From Octopus vulgaris (lineage: Eukaryota): a DNA stretch of 64,000 bases. The position numbers and the translations under genes were made by a program. The stretch spans positions 67,828,001-67,892,000 of the forward strand of contig OX597817.1 in the NCBI GenBank assembly GCA_951406725.2, given 5' to 3'. The notes beneath the pieces are model-generated. The model saw only the letters and a list, made by a program, of their open reading frames with translations, ran no database searches and was not told where the DNA came from. Positions 53,667-64,000 of this stretch are shown here, in pieces (the first letter of the stretch is position 1; each line of letters starts with the position of its first letter).

Positions 53667-54479
53667 TTTTCTTATTGTTATTATTATTAACGGGTCAATG
53701 TTAAAACTACATATTCTAAGAAAAATATGAATATTAATAGAAAAATAAGAATATGAATAAAAATATAATAAAAATATATATAACTTACTAATATATTTTT
53801 AAAAATTACAAAATTAAAAAAATTTTTAATTAAAAAATTAATAAAAATTGATAAAATTAAACACCTAAAAATACAATACCGATATATATATAGAAAGTGC
53901 TAGACATAAAACCCTCATCAACTATTTTATAAACACATTAAATTCCACCGCGTATCTATATAAACATTACGGGAATTAATAATTTATTGTAAGATGTACC
54001 CCTATCTATACAAGTATACACTACTATTCTTATGTGAAACGTAACTTCATAATATTTAAAAACTAAAAACCTCTATATACGTTATGAATTTCTTGAATAA
54101 AACCAGTAAAGGAATCTAGTAAGCAAAATTAATAAAGGAAGAATATTTATTAACATGTTTACTCCTCGTTCCTGTGCAAATGGCTGCTCCCTCTGTCGTG
54201 CGCTAAATATTATGGGAATAACGTAAATATAATAAGCTACTCTGAAAAATTATCAAAGACTAATAATATTAGAGAGGATGGATTTTTTCCTCTGGTGTTT
54301 GAGATTTATAGATTTATGTTATATTAAGTGTGGCCTGTCTATTCCTTTTAAGGTAATATTCTTTAAATATATTCTTGGTTCTTGGTATATCCATATCTAA
54401 TACTATTATATAATTCTATTATAACTACATTTAACTATCTTCCTCATAAATGTTTAGGAGATTAGATACTGGTGGGGTG

Positions 54480-55112
54480 TTTATAATTTTAAATATTTTT
54501 CATTTTATTATACGTAAAGTTAGTCTTATGTCGGCATTTTATTCCTCTCTCTTCAATTCGGTTCAGTAATACCTCTCTCGACTGGAGTATTTTCATAAAC
54601 TCAGTTGTGCATAATCAGCACATTTTATTCCCTATTCTATATGACTTAGCTTTACTAATGATATTCCATTAAGGGTGTATTCTGTTTTATCAGATTTCAA
54701 CTCCCATATGTATTTACTTAGACTGTCGAATTTATTAATTTGGGATTTTTGAAGGATTGATAATGCTGGAAAAGTCTTCTTTTAATTTCATTCGCTGTGG
54801 ATCTTATATATCCTTTCTTATTATTATTATTGGAGGGTACAGTACATTTATAAATTATATTATCTAGGTTGCAATTATTATTAATCCTACATTTGGATTT
54901 ATCTTTGCATGTGCATTTATTTAAAATGCAGCAATGCTTTTTGTTATATTTCTTCTGTAGCTATTGTTAAGATTAGTTAAATTGTTATTTTGGAATTTAT
55001 TTAATTCCACATTGTTTATAGAGGATATAATATTACTAACTTTCCTTGTTGTCGAATCACCCACGTTGATAGTTTTGTTTGAGAATATTTTCGAGTACGT
55101 TTTGTTCTTTTT
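54480..55112 (-). pseudogene. Penelope-like GIY-YIG endonuclease remnant
   Basis: YSKIFSNKTI...KCTCKDKSKCRINNNCNLDNIIYKCTV...GYIRSTANEIKRRLFQHYQSF...LSKYIWELK...WNIISKAKSY...C*LCTTE...LNR...KCRH. Confidence 0.85.
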
Positions 55113-55354
55113 AAACATACCACCAGCGCAGAAACACGTGTAGCGTTGATTAAAAATATCTTCTTTCCCCACATACTAATAACAGGCAATCATTTTTAGT
55201 TAATTTTATTATACTTGATTGTAGGTTATAATATAAATGCTTATATTATTTTATTATTATATTGGATATAACTTTCTATGTGTATTCCAGTAAATAAGAT
55301 TGTCCTGAAATAGGAGTTGCGGTTCTATTGGAAAAATCCCGAATTTGTAATATG

Positions 55355-55443
<89 letters not shown>

Positions 55444-55579
55444 ATGTGAATCGTTGGCGATTTTTTCACCGTCTTCCCTTCTATTGGACTTTCCTCGGTT
55501 TCCGAAGAAGAGCGTCTGCTAATACATTACATGCATCACGTCCTCGCGTTTTTGTTTTCTTGTGTTTCTTTTGGGGATT

Positions 55580-55701
<122 letters not shown>

Positions 55702-56489
55702 TTCTGCATGTCCCCTCCCCCCCACACATCATCGCTTAACAACCAATACTGGTGTGTTTATGTCCCTGTAACTTAGCGGTTCGGGGAAAGAGATCGATGG
55801 AATAAATACTAGGCTTACAAAGAATAAGTACTAGGGTCAATTTTCTCGACTAAAGGCGGTGCACCAGCATGGCCGCAGACAAATGACTGAAACAGAGAAA
55901 AGAATAAAAGAATAAAAGAATATATATATATACACACACACACATATATATATACACATATATACATACATACATACATACATACATACATACATACATA
56001 CATACATACATACATACATACATACATGCATACATACATACATACATACAAGCTTTCATTGGTCAATGTTGGCAATGCATTTGCGCATATAGTGCATGCT
56101 TGTACAAGATAATTTGAGGATGACTGTTTTTTCCTGAAGCACACCTCACCTCTCCAATGATGTCTTGTGTTCCGGGACAACTTGAAGTTGCCCAAAGGAA
56201 AGGCCGCCAACGTTGCCTAATTGAGCTTGGCACCGATATAATAGTCATCGTTGCTACCGGAATGCAAAGAGCCGCAACAAATACCATCAGGCAGCTCACT
56301 CAATTCTCTGTTCCGATTATCCACCTTCCGGGATAGGTACTATTTTTATCGACCCTGATAGGATAACGGCCAGGCTTGCCTCATCGGAATTTGAACTCGT
56401 GTGTGTGTTTGTGTATGTGCTTGTGTGTGTGTGTGCGTGTGTATGTGTGTGTGCGTGTGTGATTGTGTTTGTGCGTATGTATGCGGTGT

Positions 56490-56700
56490 GTCTTTGTACC
56501 TGTTTCCAGCAACTCTTGACAACCGATGCTGGTGTGATTAAGTACCGTAACTCAGTGGGTCAGCAAATGGTATTGATAGATTAAGTAGCATGTTTAAGAA
56601 AAATAAGTACTATCGTCGATTCGTTCGACTAAAAATTCTTCAAGGTGGTGCCTCAGCATGGCCTCAGTCTGATGACTGAAACAAGTAAAAGATTAAAGAT
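56490..56700 (+). mobile_element. Family A SINE, 3' half
   Basis: CTTGACAACCGATGCTGGTGTG...GGTGGTGCCTCAGCATGGCCTCAGTCTGATGACTGAAACAAG. Confidence 0.85.
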
Positions 56701-57454
56701 ATATTTATCCATGCATATTTGTGTACTCATGTATACAGCTAGTACATACATATATATTTATTATGCATATAAGCATATGCATGTATACATACATACATAC
56801 TCGATGTCAGTAAAATACCAGTAACACAATGGGTCATTACAATCAGTTACATTCTTTCAACAATGAATAGCCATGTTCATATTGCAGTATGATGGATCAG
56901 TTCTGAATATCTATCTAACAAAAACAAATGTTTCAAGTGAACATGTTCCTTGAAAATTTCAGACCCAGAAACACAATTTGGAAGAAGAAATGCCACTTCA
57001 TTGTCGATCAACCTGCTAGAAATAGCAAACCAATTTCTTTCAAGTTACAGCCTACTGAATTTATAAAACGAGGAGAAGGTGAGATATGGATTATATAAGA
57101 TTATGTTGATTTGAACATATTACATAACTAATAAACAAATATTGGATGGCTACGATTTGAACATATTTGAGTACAAGTCTGGCGTAGTTGGGCTTTACCT
57201 GGGGTTAAACAACAACAAACGCGGCAAAAAGAACAACAGGAATAGTATTGGTCATATATGGTTAGTGAAATGCTTTTCAAGAAGTGTGATATTTGTCCCA
57301 ATGAGAAACACATTTGAAGCTGATTCGCATATTATAATCATTAATTTTTTTCTAATAAATATATAAACCACAAAACAACGTGAGAAGAGTTATGTATACA
57401 GATAAACTTCCATATATATATGCGCGTATACATGCACACACACACACACACATG

Positions 57455-57494
<40 letters not shown>

Positions 57495-57612
57495 AACAAA
57501 CAAACAAACATATGCTTCAAATATAAGGATACTTTTTTTAAACTTTATCAGTGGCCAGCGTATTAAAAATACCTTTAAAGGAGAAATTATAATTGAATTT
57601 ACAATTTATGAT

Positions 57613-57656
<44 letters not shown>

Positions 57657-57678
57657 CATACATACATACATACATACA

Positions 57679-57711
<33 letters not shown>

Positions 57712-57842
57712 GTATCTATGTATGTATATAGATGTATGTTTATATACATGTATATACATATATATATACATGTATATACATATATATATACACATATATA
57801 TATATGTATATATATACACACATATAAATACTTAGATCTTAT

Positions 57843-57879
<37 letters not shown>

Positions 57880-57909
57880 CATACATATCAATACATATAT
57901 ACTTACATG

Positions 57910-57960
<51 letters not shown>

Positions 57961-58263
57961 CCTGCTCGCTTAGCCAGCGGGGTGGCGTCATTCGAAGGCT
58001 AAAACAATGCGAACGCATTGTGACCAGCGATGTGTAACAACATCTGATGGTCTGGTCGGTCACGTGATCACGTGATACATATATATATAATTTCTCTCTC
58101 TCAACACACACATACCCACAGACATATACATGTTATCTGTCTGTCTGTTTTCTCTCTGTCTGTATGTATGTATGTATATTTGTGCGTATGTATGTATGTA
58201 TGCATGCATGTATTCTAAAGTTAGTAGTTAAAATAAATTAAGGTAACTGAATACATCCTAATC

Positions 58264-59576
58264 AGAATGCACTTATAGTGAACGATTTAGGATACAAAAT
58301 TGACCTATCTGTTCGTCTCTAAAATGAACTGTTCTTTACTATCAAATATCCGTTGTCAATGTGTTTATCAGCAAAGCACTAATCGGCAGTGACTCCATGT
58401 TAATTAGTTAAATAGCCTAATGCATTCAGCAAGAAAACTGCTCACCGAAAGCACGTACTACTTTTTACTTACATCGTATTTTCTTGTTTTGATAGGAGAG
58501 AACTGTGTGTATTTAGATACTGAGCGAGTTAGAGAGAAAGAGAGAGGGGGGAGGTAGGGAGAGAAAAAGAGGGCGAGAGAGAGATACAGACAAATTTATT
58601 TTTGTCAAGCGAATAAGAAGGTACAAAGTTTGTTGAAACTGAGTGTTTACCTCGCTACTCGAGTTTCATGTTACCACCCTCTTCAGGCGAGAACTTGCCT
58701 CTCAGTTTGGTGTGTATATTTATACTGGCTAGTGTTGTTGCGATTTTTGGTTTGTTCACTGCTTGCACAGAGTATGTCATTTGGTTTGATTTATCATCTG
58801 CTGTTTTGATGTAATTTTGTAGCATCTTCATTGGTTATTGTGCTTGTGGCCTGGTGTTTACTTTCCATGAATTTTTGAAGTGAGACGTGCTTTTAAATGG
58901 TTTTTGTTGTTATATTTTTAGTGTTTATTTTTATTTCGTCAGAAAAATCTTGAAGGCCGTCAATAAAACACGTTGGCATCCCTTCCAACTTCTTTAAAAT
59001 CTAACCTTGACCACAACAAAATTCACCACAACTAAACCATTCTACCATGAACCAATATTGACAAACACAATACAGTACACACGAAAAACAAAATTGACCC
59101 AAAGTATTCAAATAGCTGTAATAGCGAAAATTTATTCACGTTGCACATGATTTATCTCACTTTACGAGTGTCTCTGAGAAAGGTGTGGATGCTACACACT
59201 TTCATACTCCTCCATATAATTTTGTACTAATGTACCAACAATTTTGAGGGAAAGGAGTACATTTATTGCATCAACCTCTGTGCTTAACTGTACTCATTTT
59301 ATGAGCCCTGAAACGATAAAAAGCAAAGCCGACCTCGGACGTACCTACGATCCTACCAGCCATCTCACCACTTTCATCAATAGTACGTGCCTTCGCTGAG
59401 CAGTTTTCTTACTGAATGCATTATGCAATTTAACAATTTAAGATAAAGTCACCACCGATTAGTACTTTGCTAATAAACACATTGACAACGGATATTTGAT
59501 AGTAAAGAACAGTTCATTTTAAGACGAACAGATAGGTCAATTTTGTATCCTTAATCGTTAACTATAAGTGCATTCT
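58264..59576. mobile_element. Foldback-like element with about 200-bp inverted arms (58264-58460 and 59381-59576)
   Basis: AGAATGCACTTATAGT...GATACAAAATTGACCTATCTGTTCGTCT...TCAATGTGTTTAT is matched in reverse complement; no TSD seen. Confidence 0.8.
58651..58691 (-). ncRNA. Minimal type I hammerhead ribozyme motif
   Basis: CTCGC-CTGAAGA-GGGTGGTAACAT-GAA-ACTCGAGT-A-GCGAG. Stem I 5/5, palindromic stem III, GUA site, weak stem II. Confidence 0.75.
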
Positions 59577-59581
59577 TGCTA

Positions 59582-59996
59582 CTTTTTTCCACAAGGGCAG
59601 CAATTTTGAGAAGATTGATAAGTCGATTACATCATCCCCACTGCCCAACTGGTTCTTATTTTATCGATACCTTAAGGAAGTAAGGCAATGCTGACTTCGT
59701 CAGAATTTGACTTCAAAACGTAAAGACGGACGAAATGCTACTAAACCTTTTATCCGCCATGGAACAACAATAACAATAATAATGATTTCAAATTTTGCCT
59801 CAAGGGCAGTAATTTTGAGGGAGAAGACTAGTCGATTAGATCGACTCTAGTACTCAACTGGTACTTAATTTATCGACTCTGAAAGGATGAAAGGCAAAGT
59901 CGACCACGGCGGAATTTGAACTCAGAACGTAGCGACGGGTGAAATGCCGTTAAGCATTTCGTCCAGCGTGCTAACGATTCTGCCAGTTTACCGCCA

Positions 59997-59997
<1 letters not shown>
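59582..59997 (-). mobile_element. Two tandem family B SINEs
   Basis: Reverse-complement monomers at 59582-59760 and 59782-59997. Confidence 0.85.
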
Positions 59998-60064
<67 letters not shown>

Positions 60065-60065
<1 letters not shown>

Positions 60066-61225
60066 CTAGGACGTTGTTGACTTTGACAGAAAAAATTAGA
60101 AAATTGTTAACCTTGACTGAAAAACTAGGAAGTTGTTGACGATATATGGAGCCCACCATCCGAAAGCTATTAACCAGCTGTACTTGAGTAGAGACCAGGG
60201 TGGAAGAGGCTTAATAGCAGTAGAAGAATGTGTACTGATGGAAAGAAAAAGTCTAGTAGAGCACAGAAAAACTACTAAAAACAGTTAATAAAGGACAGTT
60301 AATAAATGAAGCGCGTAATTGGAGAAAAGGTCAAGAATGAAATACTAAGAGAGCACATCAGACAGATCGGAGAGAAACCTCTGCATGATAAATTTTGGAC
60401 AGCCAATGAAGAAATGTGTGGGAAAAAATCTTGGGCTTGGTTGAAAAAAGGGACCATTAAAAAAGAAACATAGAGCTTAATAGTAGTAGCCTAAGATCAA
60501 GCGATAAAAACAAACAACTTGAGAAAAATATATATGGAGAAAATGTGTCAGAAAAATGTAGAGCTTGTGAAACTTGGAACGAGACAGTGGCGCAAATAGT
60601 GGTAGAATGCTCCAAGTTGGTACAGCAAGAATATAAGAAATGGATGCACGACCAGGTTGTAACAGTTATATATTGGAAACTGTGCCAGAAATGAGGTTTT
60701 GAAGCTGGAAACACATGGTACAATCATCGAGTCGAAAGAGTACTGGAATCCGAAAAATGTAAGATTTTGTGCAACTTACCTATTCAAACAGACACGAAAT
60801 TAGAAAATGATAGAGCAGACATAACGATTGTAGATAAAGAAAAACGAAGTTGCTTATTTATAGACTTATCATGTCCGTTTGATTCCTGGATCGTAAAAAT
60901 AAAAGAGGAAGAAAAAATACAATCTCTTAAAGTTTGAAATAGGAATAATTTAGAGCATGCGAACAGTAAAGGTCGTGCCTATAATAATTGGTGCTTTGGG
61001 AACAGTAAGCCAAGATACAGACAAATGGCTGAAGGAGATTGGAATTGAATACTCGGTAGAGCTCCTACAGAAAGTTTGTCTCTGAGGAACAGCAAAGATT
61101 TTCAGGAGGGTTCTAAGCACTTGAAAGACTGCTGAAAACTTGTGGGTACCTAAGGTTACAGGTAGTAACCTGCTACCCACATAATTCCTGCCAGGATTAA
61201 GACCGAACCTGAGCCAAACCAAAAT
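60065..61225 (+). mobile_element. 5'-truncated, degenerate Dong/R4-type RLE LINE
   Basis: HHPKA..LYLSRDQGGRGL, SWAWLKKG, KCRACETWNETVAQIVVEC knuckle, RADITIVDKE, IDLSCPFD, PIIIGALGTV, LLQKVCL.GTAKI; preceded by (TAA)n. Confidence 0.88.
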
Positions 61226-61234
61226 AATAATTAA

Positions 61235-61757
61235 AATGGTTTCAAATTTTAGCACAAGGTCATCAAGTTCGGAGGTGAGAGAAAGTCGATTACATCGACA
61301 CCAGTGCTCCACTGCTACTTATGTTTCTGCCAGCTCGCTGCTCTACATAATAATAATAACAAAAAATAATCATTTCTACTAAAGGCACAAAGTCTGGATT
61401 TTTATGTAGTTGACTGATACTTAATTTAATTCAACCCCGAAAGGATGAAAGGCAAAATCGACGTCGGCGGAATTTGGACTCAGAACGTAGCGACAGACGA
61501 GATATCGCTAAGCATTTTGCCAGGCGTGCTAATGATTCTGCCGGCTCGCCACCTATTAATAATCACAATAATCCTTTCTATTATAGGGACAAGGCCTGAA
61601 ATTTGAGGGAGGTAGATAGTCGATTACATCGACCTCGGTACTGAACTGGTACTTAATTCATCGACCCCGAAAGGATGAAAGGTAAAGTCGACCTCGGCAG
61701 AATTTGAACTCAGAACATTTCGTCCAGCGTGCTAACAATTCTGCCAGCTCGCTGCCC
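61235..61757 (-). mobile_element. Cluster of family B SINEs (three partial or full copies)
   Basis: Repeated GACCCCGAAAGGATGAAAGG...GAATTTGAACTCAGAAC. Confidence 0.85.
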
Positions 61758-61760
61758 ATT

Positions 61761-61838
<78 letters not shown>

Positions 61839-62410
61839 GAGTGAGAGAGCAGTTCATGCCATCAAAGTGACACTGGGGTAAAATATATGAAGCCCAATAT
61901 ACCCATTATGACTACCCGTCTGATAAAAGGTACACCAGGCACATGCATCACAACCATATGTGCGCGACATGGTGATCTCATATCAAGATAAACAGCACAT
62001 GACCTTGCAGGTGGGGCCCAGTTAGAATTTTCTTCAGGTTGAGTAGCCCATCCCGCTCAAACGGTTCCTGAATAAGGGTTGTTTAAGGATGTTGAAAGAA
62101 CCACCCATGTTTCCAGAGGTGAACTATTCAAACTCCAAAGAATCCCTCTCAACACATGGCTATGATGCTCCCCCACTACTTCTGCTCGTGATCAGAGATG
62201 CACATATCGTCAGCCACTAAGGGACATGCTCAACTGGTTAAGGTCAAACAACTGACAAGCAAATCTGTGGTATTGAGCAGAATATTTGCTGTAGCCCATC
62301 TTTTATACCAAGACAAAACAATGTACATGATAACACTTCCAATCAGTTAAGATCAGAAGCCATGAGAGCCACTGCCTGGTACTGCATCAGGGCATTTACT
62401 GCATCAGGGC

Positions 62411-62412
<2 letters not shown>
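61839..62412. mobile_element. Unclassified about 575-bp insertion between (TTA)n arrays
   Basis: Complex sequence sharply bounded by (TTA)n on both sides, with terminal duplication TACTGCATCAGGGCATT x2; no ORF. Confidence 0.5.
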
Positions 62413-62489
<77 letters not shown>

Positions 62490-62554
62490 TAGTTTTATTT
62501 TTATGTCGTGCTTTCACTTCACTACCAAGCTGTGGTTTGTTGGGATTTTCTTAT

Positions 62555-62800
62555 GGTTACTGCATTAAAAGTGTTTTGCGTAGGATGTGTGCAGTGCCCA
62601 GTAGTGCAATTTTCTGTATGTTGTATATATTTGTAAGTCCTGGTGTTTTTGTTATTTTATTTCTGAATATTTTTTTATCATACCTAATGCGCCTACTACG
62701 ATAGGAATTGTTTCTGTTTTTAGATTCCACATTCGAGTTACCTCTATTTCTAGGTCTTTGTATTTTGAAAGTTTCTCCATTTCTTTTAGAGAAACCTTCT
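62555..62800 (-). mobile_element. Dong/R4-type LINE 3' fragment
   Basis: VSLKEMEKLSKYKDLEIEVTRMWNLKTETIPIVVGALGMIKK...NIQKIALLGTAHILRKTL; flanked by TAA repeats. Confidence 0.85.
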
Positions 62801-62830
62801 TATCTAATAATGATGATGATAATAATAATG

Positions 62831-62901
<71 letters not shown>

Positions 62902-63385
62902 TAAAGAAGAAGAATAGTTTCTAATTTTAAGCAGCATAAGAAGAAAGGATATAGATACGATCCCAGTGACACGGATAGAGGATCTGGATATCTCTGCCGC
63001 TATTTGAAATACGTTGCTAATGCACATGAAAGTAACAACTTCTCAATGCTGTCATCGAGATACCGTTTCTTGTACGTAGCGTAGAAAGACGCTATTGAAA
63101 GCAATTTAGATTTCATTCGCCATATGTGCTTCCAACATAGATTCTACCTTCCGAGTTTAATATAGATAAGTCAAATGACCGTTTTGTTTTGTTTTGTTTC
63201 GTCTTGTTTCCTCGGAAAACCTATTATCGCCTGATACAAGATATTCAATTATGGCGATGAGAACGGATATTATGATGTATGTAGATAAAACATCTTCCGA
63301 AGACCTACTAGTTAGTTAAGTAAGAGAGCGAGACTCAGACACAGGCATAGACAAACACGCACACACGCACACACACACACGCACA

Positions 63386-63430
<45 letters not shown>

Positions 63431-63622
63431 AAACACAAACACAAACACACAGTAAACACAAACACAAACACACAGAAACACACCGGAGCGAACGTGTGAG
63501 CGTGTATATGTAATACGAATGCTTGTATGTGTATGTATACGTATGTGCAATATATATATATGTAATAATGTTTTGCGTATGTATACGCAAACGCACACAC
63601 ACACACACACACATACACACAT

Positions 63623-63673
<51 letters not shown>

Positions 63674-64000
63674 TAGTTATACATATCAAGAGCGAGAGGT
63701 GGGGGAAAATGTAATGAGAGATACATGGAGAAAAATACGGAGAAAAACGAAATTAAATCAGAGGCCTGTGGTTATATATGTCTGTCTGTAATTTTAAGTG
63801 GGTTTGCCTGCGTGTATGTATATTATGATATCTGTCTGTGTATGTGGTTTTGGATCCGTTTGTGCATGTGCCTGTGTGTGTATGTATGTGTGCGCGCGTG
63901 TGTGTGTGTTTATGTTTAAATAAGTGCCATTCAACAGAGATCACCATTAAGTGTTGAAATGCCATTTAATGGCTAGTAATCGGTTTTAATCAGATTTTTA

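Larger units (their letters stand above)
53243..55356 (-). mobile_element. 5'-truncated Penelope-like retroelement with inverted partial pseudo-LTR
   Basis: GIY-YIG remnant on minus; 53345-53620 is an inverted repeat of 55110-55356; hammerhead motif in the pLTR; (TA)n on both sides. Confidence 0.85.

Noticed and set aside
54595-54635. In-frame TGA in the PLE endonuclease (MC*LC) as possible selenocysteine, known from some Naiad elements
   Set aside because: The TGA lies between the two conserved Cys rather than replacing one. It is best explained as CGA-to-TGA decay in a copy that has other lesions.

Overview
Eukaryotic, AT-rich, microsatellite-saturated intergenic or intronic DNA. The SINE repertoire and repeat style strongly suggest an octopus (cephalopod) genome; this is inferred from pattern recognition, not a database search. 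No host protein-coding gene is supported, and almost all track ORFs are microsatellite artefacts. The window holds a full-length but disabled CR1/L2-group LINE (29.4-33.8 kb, minus) whose ORF1 is an unusual Myb/SANT-trihelix plus CCCH protein. It also has three Tc1/mariner relics (DD34D, DD41D, DD37D), a palindromic mariner-derived MITE, hAT MITEs, a non-autonomous Helitron, Dong/R4-type RLE LINE fragments in (TAA)n, a Penelope-like element with inverted pseudo-LTR, many tRNA-derived SINEs, and several canonical minimal hammerhead ribozyme motifs. The most interesting signal is two sequence-distinct non-autonomous repeat families of about 650 bp (7 + 2 copies). They carry all hammerhead core nucleotides and covarying stems, but in a non-circularly permuted (pseudoknotted) strand order.
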